Assembly (NCBI RefSeq): GCF_006345805.1 | Contig: NC_043023.1 | Location: forward strand, 16,182,001-16,246,000 | Source: Octopus sinensis | Taxonomy: Eukaryota | Direction of reading: 5' to 3' | DNA: 64,000 nucleotides | Shown here: positions 12,271 through 24,994 of the stretch, piece by piece | Layout: every line of letters starts with the position of its first letter | Numbering within the stretch: the first letter of the stretch is position 1 | Notes under the pieces: generated by a model | Database searches by the model: none | What the model was told of the DNA's origin: nothing | The model's input: the letters and a program-made list of their open reading frames with translations, nothing else | Made by a program: the position numbers and the translations under genes

Positions 12271-14384
12271 TACAGATCCCTGCGGCACACCAGATGTCAT
12301 CTCATAGGGCGAAGAGTGCTGTCCTAGAACTGTGACAACTCTTTTCGGCCGAAAATAAAGGACTTTAACCAGTTATAGTTATAGAGTTCGTCTTTACACC
12401 CAACGCAGAAAGCTTCACCATAAGTCTTTTGTGTGGGCACAGAGTTAAAAGCCTTAGCAAAGTCCAGGTAAACAACATCCACCCAGGATCCGCGATCAGT
12501 GATTTGGGTAACGTCCCCAAGAAACTCGATGAGTTGATTACAGCAGCTGGAGTTAGGAATAAATCCGAATTGTGACGGCTGGCTGAGGCTGTGAGACTTC
12601 CAGAAGTTCCAGAGGGTTTCTCTGATACAGGATTCCATCAGTTTTGCGATGCAGCTAGTAAGACTGACGGGGCGATAGTTGACAGGCGATGTGCGGTCGC
12701 CTTTTGTTAACAGAGGGATGACACTGGCAGTTTTCCACTGTTCTGGGGAGTAACACCATTGTCGAGACAGAATTGGAAGAATAGAGAAAGTTGGCATAGA
12801 AGAAAGTACCCACTGCGTTTGAGAAGTAGGTATGTAACACCATTGAGACCAGGAGAGGCATAATTGCGTTTATTCTTTAGGTGGCGTTGCAGCATTGCTG
12901 GGGTGTGTAAATTGCATAGAAGATATAGAGTCCGATGTCAGTGGGTGATGATGATGGAACATTTTGGTCTTCGACAGTAAAGATGCCGGCATAGCATCAG
13001 CAATGATTTCTGCACATTCTTCGGGATTGCCAGTAATCTGTCCTGTGTGGGGATTGCGAAGGGGACCAACTGGAGAGTGGGGTCTCTGCTTTGAGTGCAC
13101 ATACTTCCAGAACCCTTTGCTGTCAGGGTTAGCTGCAATGCGTTGTTCAAATTCAAGCACTGCCTTTTTTGTCACCTGCTTGAGGTGGTTGGCTGACCTA
13201 TTGCGCTTTTTCCTGTTGCTCTCTGATTTATGCAATTTGTATTCCGTTCAGCATTACGGCGTTCTTTCTGGCAAGTCGGACTGCAGTCTCTCAAATTGCA
13301 CTATTGGGTGGTTTTTGTGCTTGCGTGGTACTGATGCTGCACATGCTGCCCAATTGAATTCAGAATGTTCTGGAGTATAGTGTCCACATCTCCAGAGGCA
13401 TAAAATTGTGCCAGTTTGGGCGTTGCAGCTCAGTACAATAAGAGCTCCAGTTTGCTTTATTCCAGTCAAAGCGGGCAATCTGAAGATGGTTTGTTTTTTG
13501 TTACAACCAATCAGAGACAAGTCGGCCATGATCATGGAATGATCAGAGTCACCCAAAGGTTCTTCGGTAGCGACACTAATGATTGTTTCAGGAGAAGCGG
13601 TTAGTAGCAGATCCAAAGTGTTGTTACCTCTTGTGGGGGAGGGGGTAACAACTTGGGACCAATTCGAATTCAGCACCAGTTCAAGAAAATCGTCTGCACT
13701 TTGCGGCCAACGGAAGGCCTCCCAGTCAATCTCAGGGAAATTGAAGTCCCCCGCAACATACACATATGTGGCTGTTTTCATGGCAGCCGCCCTGAGGAGA
13801 TCAAAAAGCTGTGCGTCTTGGCGATAATTTGGAGGACGGTAAATGACTCCAAGCAGAAGTGTTGACATGGTCATGTGTACATTGCAGAAAAATACCTCCT
13901 GCTGAGATTGGTTCAAATCATCACAGGGGATTGCCGAAAGACTTGATCGAACATAAATCATCACACCCCCTCCACAGCGATTAATGCGGTCTTTGCGGAA
14001 CAGGTTGTAGCCGGCTATGCTGAAAACTCCATCACAGAGTGCAGAGTGTGCCCACGTTTCCGTGACTGTGATGAAATCTGGGTTGATACTTTTGACGTGG
14101 GAGACAAAAAGATGCACCTTGTTGCATAAACTACGGGCATTCAAGGACAGCAGTTTATATCTGGATTTCAGATGATGATATACAGGGGATGGCTGATTGT
14201 TCTTGGTTAGTTTCCCCAAGATTTTTGCATTGCCAGTTTGTTGTTGTGGGGTGTAGTCTGCTCAGTCCAACTGGCATCCCTTATCCACGACTCACCAGAC
14301 TTGACGAATGTCCAGATCTGCCCATCATCGCGGATGCTAAAACTCTCCCGTGGCACAGAGTTGCGATTTAGGGAAGCCACGGAT
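12271..14384 (-). pseudogene. CR1-like LINE: probable ORF1 end, APE endonuclease and RT up to the QGS motif; 3' half missing
   Basis: LNARSL..VTETW..RKDR..GGGV..YRPP..GDFNFPEIDW..PTRGNNTLDL..SDH (13254-14219). WKTASVIPL..NYRPVSLTS..QFGF..LDFAKAFNSV (12324-12797). SGVPQGSV ends at 12271. Confidence 0.85.
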
Positions 14385-16040
14385 TCTTATGCCTAGCATT
14401 TCTCTCAGGGTGCTTACACTCTGTCGTGCATTCACACTGACATTACACATCCAGCGGATCATGCTAGCTTCATTTCTTTCAAGTTCTACGCATGTCCTCT
14501 GCAGTCACGGCCCATGTTTCACTGCCGTGAAGCATGGCAGTTCGCACACATGCATCATACAATCTACCTTTCACTCTGAGTGAGAGACCCTTTGTCGCCA
14601 GTAGGGGTAGCAGCTTTCTAAACTTTGCCCAGGCTATTCGTGTTCTAGTGGTGACACTCTCTGAGCATCCACCCCACTACTAACTTGGTCACCCAGGTAG
14701 CGGAAACTATCAACTACTTCTAGTTTCTCTCCCTGGAGTGTGATGGAATCTGTTTTCTGAGTGTCTGTGGTGTCTATTGTCCCTGTGCATCTGCCGCACA
14801 TGAAAGCTATCTTATCTGTTAATTTCCCTTTAATGTTGCTGCACCTCTTGTGCGTCCATAGCTTACATGGGTGCATCTTATGGAGTTTCTACCTACACCT
14901 TTCCTACAGCTCGAGCAGGGCCACCTGCCCGATGGGGGTGTGTGCTGAGTTCGCCTTTCTGCATACTATAACTTTGTTCTTCGCTACATTACTCTAAGGC
15001 CCTTTGATTCCAACCCTTGTTTCCACACCGAAATTTCTTTTTTAGTTCCAGTAGCGATTCTGCTATGAGGGCCAGGTCATCAGCATAGAGGAGCTCCCAG
15101 GGGCAACCTGTTTTGAATTCCTCTGTTATTGCCTGGATGACTATGATGAATAAAAGGGGACTGAGGCTGAGCCCTGGTGTACACCTACTTCTACCCGGAA
15201 TTCTTCACTATATTCGTTGCCAATCCTAACCTTGCTGACAGCCTCTCTGTATAGAGCCTGTACAGCCCTTATTAGCCATTCGTGAATCAACAGTTTCCGC
15301 ATCGACCACCAGATAAGGGATCGGGGAACCCTGTCAAAGGCTTTCTCCAAGTCCACAAAAGCTATGTAGAGGGGCTTATCTTTAGCTAGGTATTTCTCCA
15401 GCAGTTGTCGGACCAGGAATCTAGCATCAGTGGTGCTTCTACCCGACACAAAACCGAACTGCATCTCATCTAAGCAAATCTCTCCTAATGAGATGGGTTA
15501 TGACCCTCTCTGTGGCCTTCATCACCTGATCCAACAGTTTAATACCCCTGTAGTTATTTCTATAGAGCATCACCCTTACCCTTGTAGCAGTTGACTATGG
15601 TGCTGCTACGCCAGTCATTGGGTATGACTCCATTATGAACTACCTGGTTAACAATGCGGGTGACTAGGCCATAGCTCGCATAACCAGCTGTTTTAAGCAT
15701 CTCAGCAGTGATTCATGATGGGCCGGGGGCTTTACCTGGTTCATATCCTTAATTGCCTTAACTACAAGGGAGCTGTCTATTTGGATAGCTGGTCCCTCAA
15801 CTGGGTCAACATTTGGCAGGCTCTCCTCCTCCCATTCATTCTCCACATTCAACAGTCTTTCATAATGGCTTCTCCAAGCCTCTTTCTTTTCACCAACAAT
15901 AAAAGCAAGTGCCCCATCATCCATGCGGACACATTTCTCCCCTGTAACATCACTATTTTCTCTGACACACTGTCTAGCAATACGAAATACCTCAGTTCTT
16001 TGGTCCTCACGTCGCTGGACATTGGCAAACTTCTTTTCTG

Positions 16041-16043
<3 letters not shown>
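14385..16043 (-). pseudogene. RTE-clade LINE reverse transcriptase region with an embedded PHD-like finger; truncated at both ends
   Basis: QFGFVSGRSTTDA, FVDLEKAFDRVPR, GVHQGS, ELLYADDL (about 15075-15095), FRYLGD and LHGSETWAV. Several frameshifts. Confidence 0.9.
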
Positions 16044-16125
<82 letters not shown>

Positions 16126-16269
16126 TGTGTGTGTGTGTGTGATGATAGGCAAAATCGACCTCGGCGGAATTTGAACTCAGAACGTAACGGCAGACGAAAT
16201 ATGGCTACGCATTTCGCCCGGCGTGCTAACGTTTCTGCCAGCTCTTTGCTTTTTTAATATTACATTTCG

Positions 16270-16580
16270 GCGAAGTTTCGTATGTCGTAGCTCAGATTTC
16301 CGTCGATTTCCGTAAAAAACTTTTATTTTTTTACATAAGTAATAAGAGCGAAAGAGACTAAGAGGAAGCGATTTTATGACGAGGGAAGTTTGTCTTTGAA
16401 GTTACCGTCTAGGGGAAGCATTGATGTACATGTGTGTGTGTGTGTGTGTATGTGTGTTTGATGGGGTGTGGGAGACAGTATGTTGTGTAAGTGAAGTGCT
16501 TCTGTTAGTGTGTGTGAAGAGAGAGAGAGAGAGAGTAATGTGTGAAAGAGAGAGATAACTGAAATTTTTTACTCGGTGTA
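16270..16580 (+). mobile_element. Partial copy of the MITE at 60696-61126
   Basis: Shares TTTCCGTCGATTTCCGTAAAA...GAGCGAAAGAGACTAAGAG...GATAACTGAAATTTTTTACTCGGTGTA. Confidence 0.7.
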
Positions 16581-16900
16581 TGTGTATATGTATGTGTGTG
16601 TGTGTATGTATGGTAAGTATGTGTGTATGTATCTATGTATGTATGGCCAATTCATCGTAATTACGATTACGATGAATCGGCTATATACATACATACACAC
16701 ACACACACATACATACACACACACACATACTTACACATACATACACACACACATACTTACACATACATACACACACACATACTTACACATACATACACCA
16801 CACACACATACTTACACATACATACACACACACACATACTTACACATACATACACACACACACATACTTACACATACATACACACACACATACATGCAGA
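16575..16900. repeat. Compound (TG)/(CA)/(TACA) microsatellite
   Basis: Direct reading of the sequence. Confidence 0.9.
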
Positions 16901-17578
16901 CATACAGAATGGAAACATTTTCAATTTAATACATGTGGCTTATTAAGGTGGCTGACTTGTTTACATTTAAGATGTTAAATACGTCACGAAATTGGTGGTC
17001 GAGACGGAGTAAATAAAATAAAGCCGAATGACGGAATATCATTGGTTAAAATTCTAATTATTAAACAACGTTAAACTTAGAAGTTACAATTCCGTTTTCA
17101 TTCTGGTTTACAATTAAGTTTACTTTTGACACATTCTACCAGTATACGAAGTTTCAAATTGTTTGGTTCAGTAGGAAAAATTTGAAAAAACTGGCCTCAA
17201 AATAGAAAAGATCCTAATAACTAATATAGTGAAAGGTAGGAGGGGTGTGCCACGTATCATATTAATATGACAGCAAACTTGTAAGGAAAGGCTTCCGTCC
17301 GATCCAACCACGACCACCACACAATACTACTAGCGAACTGTGGTCCCGGTGCGCGCACTTGCTAGTCGTCATTTGTCGATCCTACAACGGCTACCTAGCA
17401 AAGTAAATAAGACACAAAATGAATAATTTTGTTAAACAAAGTAAATAAAAACACAAAAACACAAAATAAGGATCAACTAGTCATGACTAGCTAGCGCGGA
17501 AAAGATCTTATATTGTGTGTATATATATATATATGTGCTTGTGTGTGTATATATATATATATATAATTTCAACAATTG

Positions 17579-17860
17579 AGGGTAAAATTAATTAATTAAT
17601 CAATTTCACCAAGTGTTCAGTATGCAAAGGGACCATTTAAGGCGAATTCAAATTATTACATTATATAAAAGGCTTAGTAAAATAAATTACTTTGCCGCAT
17701 ACTGAACTCATTAGAAATAGCAGCTAAAAAAAATTTATAAAACTATTTCTAATACTTAAAGAAAACCTCTCTCATATAGTGTTTGCTCAATTCAACTCAC
17801 GAAAGTATGGGGGGTAGAGACATTAAAAAATCAAATGCAAAGGTTATTTGAGAACGTACG

Positions 17861-17917
<57 letters not shown>

Positions 17918-17941
17918 TATATATATATATATATTATATAT

Positions 17942-17974
<33 letters not shown>

Positions 17975-17983
17975 CATACACAC

Positions 17984-18042
<59 letters not shown>

Positions 18043-18118
18043 CAAAAAACTGTCCGATGAACGGCAACGGGAAACTCAGAGTAACAGGTTTTGTGAATTT
18101 TCTGCTGCTTTAAATAAA

Positions 18119-18164
<46 letters not shown>

Positions 18165-18398
18165 TGTGTGTGTGTGTGTGTGTGTATACTTAATAATTAG
18201 GGTTCAGCAAAGATTTGCTTTACCACATGCCGAAGTTTAGAAATAGCAGCCCTAATTATTAATAATAATTATTATTAATAATTTGCTGAACCCTAATTAT
18301 TAAGCATTACTTAAGTTTACCATGAAATGGTCCTTTTTTCATGCCGAATTCAACTTGGTGAAATTATTGATTACATCTTAATTAATTAATTTTACCCT
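17579..18398. repeat. Large fold-back structure (about 60-bp imperfect outer arms) containing microsatellites, a 23-bp inner inverted repeat and a hammerhead-like motif
   Basis: AGGGTAAAATTAATTAATTAA...GACCATTT versus AAATGGTCC...TTAATTAATTAATTTTACCCT. Inner CTTAATAATTAGGGTTCAGCAAA and its reverse complement near 18189-18303. Confidence 0.6.
18046..18092 (+). ncRNA. 47-nt minimal hammerhead-ribozyme-like motif, U4C core variant
   Basis: aaaactgt-CCGATGA-a-cg-GCAA-cg-g-GAA-ACTC-a-GAGT-A-acag-g-tttt. Stem I is 4+4 bp, stem II has a GNRA loop, stem III is palindromic, and the triplet is GUA. Confidence 0.65.
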
Positions 18399-18419
18399 TT
18401 GTAATTATATATATATATA

Positions 18420-18695
18420 ATTAAGTACCAGTTACGCACTGGGGTCGGAGTAATCGACTCAATCCGTTGTCTGTCTTGTTTGTCCCCTCTGTGTTTAGCC
18501 CCTTGTGGGTAATAAAGAAATAGGTATTTCGTCTGCCGCTACGTTCTGAGTTCAAATTCCGCCGAGGTCGACTTTGCCTTTCATCCTTTCGGGGTTAATA
18601 AATCAAGTACAGTTACGCACTATGGTCGATGTAACCGACTGGGGCCCCTCCCTCCCCCCCAAAATTTCGGGCCTTGTGCCTAGAGTAGAAAATAT
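18420..18695 (+). mobile_element. SINE family B, 5'-truncated
   Basis: Family body motif, one and a half units. Confidence 0.75.
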
Positions 18696-19337
18696 TATCC
18701 GTTAGGGGCAAAGTTATTAAGAGGCCTAATAACGGTGGTGGGGGTAGATTAGTAACTACCTCTGGAATTTTGACTTTATTGCTTCCGAAGTAATGAAAGG
18801 CAAAATTGACATCGGTAGAATTTGAACTCAGAACAGGAGAAACATTTGCTTGGCCTAAATAATTACCGTTAATTCTGGTACAATAATACAATTTCGTTTC
18901 GGTGTTTGAAAAGCAAAACCAATGCATATTTTATAAATTCCCATTATAATTGGATCACTGTTGTTTCTGGTGTTAATTCTTTGTTTGATCTCTTTTCTGT
19001 AATTAGCGACTTTTCTGGATGAATTTCTACTTTTTGTATCAAAATCGCCGGGGAAAGGACTCTTTCGAAGATAACGATTGAGATTAAATGTGAGTAAAGT
19101 AATAATTTCATCTTATTTTTATATTGAAGTTCGTCTTCTCTCTGTACAAACCTCTTATAATCAGAAATCTTAGGAAATTCAAGATTTTGTACTAGAAAGT
19201 TTTGTAGAAGATGTTTTGAAATCAACTGGTGTTGTTCTGTGTAGATTTTTCTTTTGGTGCTAAAATACAAATTTAGGCGAAGACAATTTGAAAAAATTCT
19301 TTTCATTGGTTTAATAGGGGTTAAACTTAATAAGTTA

Positions 19338-19964
19338 CTAGCAGTATCGTCCGGCGATGCTCGGGTTTATTTCGACCCTTTAGAATTGGAATTTTTAAAA
19401 AGTAAAAATTTTGCATTATGTAGCTTGTTATTCTCTTTAAGTGAACATTTTTCTGGTTGAAATACACCGAAAAGTGGCGACACAGCAGTCAAAAAACCGT
19501 AAAAAATAGGGATTTTCATAGAGAAAAAAGCACCTTTTTGATACAAATAATTTTTGGTGTTAACATGGTCCGATTTGAATTTTTTCTTCTACGGAATGAA
19601 GAGCAAGCCTTCTTCTATCATACTCTCAATTTGGTCAACTTGCATCACAGGGTCTCAGAAGAGGAGATAGTGATAGTTGAAGGCTACCAAACGGGCCCAC
19701 ACACAGACAGAAAAACTTCAGCTTTATAAATAGTAAAAAATAGGGCTTTTCATAGAAAAATAGCACCTTTTTGATATAAATAATTTTTGGTGTTAACATG
19801 GTCCGATTTGGATTTTTTCTTCTACGGAACGAAGAGCAAGCCTTCTTCTATCATACTCTCAATTTTGGTCAACTTGCGTCGCAGGGGTCTCGGAGGAGAT
19901 AGTGTTAGTTGAAGGCTGCAAAACCTGCCACACACACAGACAACTTCAGCTTTATATTTAAAGA
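19338..19964 (-). mobile_element. Non-autonomous Helitron family H2 with internally duplicated 5' region
   Basis: Minus strand starts TCTTTAAATATAAAGCTGAAG and ends in the hairpin CCCGAGCATCGCCGGA..ATACTG-CTAG followed by T. Confidence 0.75.
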
Positions 19965-20195
19965 TGTGTGTGTGCCTTTGTGTTTGTCCACCACCACCAA
20001 TTAAAAACCATTGTTGGTTTGTTTATGTTCTTGTAACTTAACAGTTCAGCAAAAAAAAAACAAAAAGGAATAAGTACCAGGCTTGTGAAAAATAAAGTAC
20101 TGGAGTAAATTTGTTTGACTAAACCGTTTCACGATAACACCTCAGCAAGGCCAGAGTCCAGTGACTGGAACCGGTATTAAATAAAAAAGGAAGAA

Positions 20196-21205
20196 TAGGT
20201 GCAGGAGTGGCTGTGTGGTAAGTAGCTTGTTTACCAACCACAAGGTTCCGGGTTCAGTCCCACTGCGTGACATCTTGGGCAAGTGTCTTCTGCTATAGCC
20301 TCGGACCGACCAAAGCCTTGTGAGTGGATTTGGTAGACGGAAACTGAAAAGAAGCCTGTCGTATGTATATATATATATATATAGGTGTAGGAGTGGCTGT
20401 GTGGTAAGTAGCTTGTTTACCAACCACAAGGTTCCGGGTTCAGTCCCACTGCGTGGCATCTTGGGCAAGTGTCTTCTGCTATAGCCCCGGGCCGACCAAT
20501 GCCTTGTGAGTGGATTTGGTAAACGGAAACTGAAAGAAGCCTGTCGTACATGTGTATATATATATATGTATGTATGTGTGCGTTTGTGTGTCTGTGTTTG
20601 TACCCCTAGCATTGCTTGACAACCGACGCTGGTGTGTTTACATCCCTGTCACTTAGCGGTTCGGCAAAAGAGACCGATAGAATAAGTACTGGGCTTACTA
20701 AAAGAATAAGTCCTGGGGTTGAGTTGCTCGATTAAAGGCGGTGCTCCAGCATGGCCGCAGTCAAAATGACTGAAACAAGTAAAAGAGTAATGAAATAAAA
20801 ATACCTGGGATATCTATTTTGAATAGCCAGGGACTAAATTTTACCTCAGTAATGAAATACAATTATTATTAGGCGTAGGAGTGGCTGTGTGGTAAGTAGC
20901 TTGCTTACCAACCACATGGTTCCGGGTTCAGTCCCACTGCGTGGCACCTTGGGCAAGTGTCTTCTACTATAGCCTCGGGCCGACCAAAGCCTTGTGAGTG
21001 GATTGGTAGACGGAAACTGAAAGAAGCCCGTCATATATATATATATAGGTGCAGGAGTGGCTGTGTGGTAAGTAGCTTGCTTACCAACCACATGGTTCCG
21101 TGTTCAGTCCCACTGCGTGGCACCTTGGGCAAGTGTCTTCTACTATAGCCTCGGGCCGACCAAAGCCTCGTGAGTGGATTTGGTAGATGGAGACTGAAAG
21201 AATCC
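20196..21205 (+). mobile_element. Cluster of four SINE A heads (one with full tail) separated by (TA)n
   Basis: Heads at about 20196, 20382, 20872 and 21047; tail ends GAAACAAGTAAAAGAGTAA at about 20790. Confidence 0.85.
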
Positions 21206-21207
21206 AG

Positions 21208-21415
21208 TCATCATCATCATCATCGTTTAACGTCCGTTTTCCATGCTGGCATGGGTTGGACGGTGCAACTGGGGTCTGGGAAACCAGAAGGTTGCACCAG
21301 ACCCAGTCTGATCTGGCAATGTTTCTACGGCTGGATGCCTTTCCTAATGCCAACCACTCCGTGAGTGTAGTGGGTGGTTTTTACGTGCCAGACGTGGCTG
21401 GCAAATGGCCACAAG
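21208..21415 (-). mobile_element. RTE 3' end fragment
   Basis: (CAT)n-CGTTTAACGTCCG...GGATGCCTTTCCTAATGCCAACCAC. Confidence 0.75.
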
Positions 21416-22308
21416 TCATATATATATATATGTATATATAACATGGTGGGAGACGAAATACCGCTAAGCATTTCGCCCGGCGTGCTAGCGCTTCAGCAAG
21501 CTCGTCGCCTTCTTTGAGTTTCCATCTACCACATCCTCTCCCAAAGCTTTGTTTGGCCACTCTGGGACTGAACCCAGGACCATGTGGTTGGGAAGCCAAC
21601 TTCTTACCACACAACCATCCCTGCACTTCTACAGCCATGTCGATATAAAAATGTAGTAAAACTTTCACTGTTTTAATCTCTCTAATTCCTAATTATCTTG
21701 TATGTTTTACACTGTTGTTTCTCTTTCGTTTCAGATTATCAGATGACCTCAGCATCACAGGATTTTTATATAAACTACATCATTAGTATTGAACGTCTTA
21801 CTCATAACACGTATAACCCTGTTTCTATAAATATATACTGAATTACTGCAAAATATATCTTCTGAACTCTGACATATATGTAGCAAAATTTCTCTTCTTT
21901 ATTGTCTGGAATACACAGAAAATTATATTTGTATTTGAATTAATCCTTCACCATTTCATCTGTGCATATCAGTCCCACACGTTCAAGCTATTTTATGTTA
22001 AAACTGCCCACATCTGGCCTCTTACACTCACCATGCAATGTCTTATAAACATAAAGAATCACATCGTTGAAATCTTAAAGCAATAAGATAATGAATGATT
22101 AATTCAGTAGAATTTGAATAAATAATCATTACATTTGACAGTAATCTGAATGTTAATGAGTTAAAGTAATTAAGAAGGCAGTTTGCAGCATCTTCAGATA
22201 TTAACAAAGAACACTTTTGATGGAGATATATCAGTAGAAATATTTGTTAAGAGCAATATACGAGAAGAAGGAAAACATTTGTGTTCTGTGACGAGAGAAA
22301 GGAAAATT

Positions 22309-23700
22309 ATGGAAAATGAATTATATCGGAGTGAAGTTGAATGTAAAAGAGAGTCTGAAGAAATTGATTTTTCTGATGAGGAGAAGAATGAAAAAGGCAA
22401 AATATCATAAACTGTGATACTTGTAGTAGATCATTCTCGCGGAAAGATAACTTAGTCATCCACCAATGTGTTCATACAGGAGAAAAGTCATATCATTGCG
22501 ATATCTGTGGTAAATCGTTCTCTTATGGACATAACTTAACAGTTCACAAACGCATTCATTCAGGCGTGAAGCCATATCACTGTGAAATCTGTGGTAAATC
22601 TTTCTCTCGAAATTATCACTTGACTGGTCACAAACGTACACATACAGGAGAGAGAAACCATATCATTGTGATATCTGTGGTAAATCATTCTCTAAAAATA
22701 ATGCCTTGACTAATCACAAACGTGTTCATACAGGAGAGAATCCATATCAGTGTGATATCTGTGGTAAATCCTTTGCTGAAAATGGTAACTTGACTAAACA
22801 TAAGCGTGTTCATACAGGAGAGAAGCCATATCAGTGTGATATCTGTGGTAAATCATTCTCTGAAACTAGTAACTTAAATAAGCACAAACGCATTCACACA
22901 GGAGAGAAGCCATATCCTTGTGATATCTGTGATAAAACCTTCCATGAAACTGCTAACTTAACTAAGAACAAGTGTGTTCATACCAAAGAGAAGGTGTATC
23001 AGTGTGATATCTGTGGTAAATCCTTCTCTGAAACTGCTAACTTAACTAAGCACAAGCGTGTTCATACAGGAGAGAAGCCATATCATTGTGATATCTGTGG
23101 TAAATCATTCTCTCAAAATAATGCCTTGACTCGTCACAAACGCATTCATACAGGTGACAAGCCATATCATTGTGATATCTGTGGTAAATCATTCTCTGAA
23201 ATTAGTAACGTAACTACTCACAAACGCATTCATACAGGAGAGAAAACCATATCATTGTGGTATCTGTGGTAAATCCTTCTCTGGAACTGGTAACTTGATT
23301 CTTCACAAACGCATTCATACAGGAGAAAAGCCATATCCTTGTGATATCTGTGGTAAATCATTTTCTCAAAATAATCTATTGACCAGGCACAAATGTACAC
23401 ATACAGGAGAGAAGCCTTATCATTGTGATATCTGTGGTAGATCTTTCTCTCAAAGTGGGGACTTGACTAAACATGAACGTATTCATACAGGAGAGAAGCC
23501 GTATCATTGTGATATCTGTGGTAAATCATTTTCTCAACATAATCTTTTGACTAGGCACAAACACTTTCATACAGAAATTATATCACTGTAATTCTTGTGA
23601 TGAACCATTTTCCAAAATTAGCTCTTTGACTAGTCTCAAATGTTTTCAAACAAGAGAGAAGCCATATCATTGCAATATGTGGCCAAATCATTTGCTCTCA
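22309..23700 (+). pseudogene. C2H2 zinc-finger array gene (about 14 fingers plus 1-2 degenerate), frameshifted
   Basis: ATG GAA AAT GAA at 22309 starts an acidic leader followed by [10 protein letters not shown]...H-TGEKPY repeats. Indels at about 22408 (-1), 22650 (+2, GA run), 23245 (+1, A run) and 23580. A candidate acceptor TTTCGTTTCAG lies at 21734. Confidence 0.85.
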
Positions 23701-23844
23701 TTACAAGCAGCTTAACTAATCACGCAAGCATTCATATGATCTCCTAGAGCTTAAGGCTACCCAAATCCATGTGATTAGATTTTGTAGATGGAAATTGAAA
23801 GAAACCTGTCATATATCTATCTATATATCTATTTACAGAGAGAT

Positions 23845-24595
23845 ATCATCATCATCATCATTTAATGTCCATTTTCCATGCTAGCATGGATGGGAAAGTT
23901 CGACTGGGATGTGGGAAGCAAGGAGGCTGCATCAGGCTCCTGTCTGATCTGGCAGTGTTTCTACAGCTGGATACCCTTCCTAATGCCAACCACTCCAAGA
24001 GTGTAGTGGGTGCTTTTTACGTGCCACCAGTACAGGGGCCAGGGAGGGCTGGCAACGACCACGATCAGTTGGTGCTTTTTATGTGCCACCAGCACGGGGG
24101 CCAGTCAAGGCGGTACTTGCATCAGCCATGTTCAGATGGTGCTTTTTACATGCCATCGGTACAAGATATATATATATCATCATCATCATCATCATTTAGC
24201 GTCCGTTTTCCATGCTGGCAAGGGTTGGACGGTTCAACTGGGGTCTGGGAAGCCAGAAGGCTGCGCCAGGCCCAGTCTGATCTGGCAGTGTTTCTACGGC
24301 TGGATGCCCTTCCTAACGCCAACCACTCCGCGAGTGTAGTGGGTGCTTTTTACGTGCCACCCGCACAGGTGCCAGACGGAGCTGGCAAATGGCCACAAAC
24401 GGATGGTACTTTTATGTGCCACTGGCACAGGGGCCAGGCGAGGCTGGCAACGGACACAAACGGATGGTGCTTTTACGTGCCACCGGCACGGAGGCCAGTC
24501 GGGGCGGCGCTGGCAATGGCCACGAACGTATGGTGCTTTTTATGTGCCACCGGCATGGGGGCCAGGCGACACTGGCAATGCCACGAACGGATTTA
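23845..24595 (-). mobile_element. Two tandem RTE 3' end fragments
   Basis: Two (CAT)n tails at about 23846 and 24177, each followed by the family UTR and GCCACGTAAAAAGCACC-type repeats. Confidence 0.8.
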
Positions 24596-24994
24596 TAGAT
24601 AGATAGATATACAGCAATGGCTTCCCACCTTCTAACACTCATATATATATATATATAATATATATATATATCTCTGTCGTATATATATATATATACATGT
24701 ATGTGTGTGTATATGTTTGTGTGTCTGTGTTTGTCCCCCCACCATCGCTTGACAACCGATGCTGCTGTGTTTACGTCCCCGACACTTAGCGGTTCGGCAA
24801 AAAGAGACTGATAGAATAAGTACTGGGCTTACAAAGAATAAGTCCCGGGGTCGATTTGCTCGTCTAAAGGTGGTGCTCCAGCATGGCCGCAGTCAAATGA
24901 CTGAAACAAGTAAAAGAGTATATATACATACATACATACACATGAATTTAATCCTCCAAGCACACACAAGCCCGAATACACTCAACAACAACAC

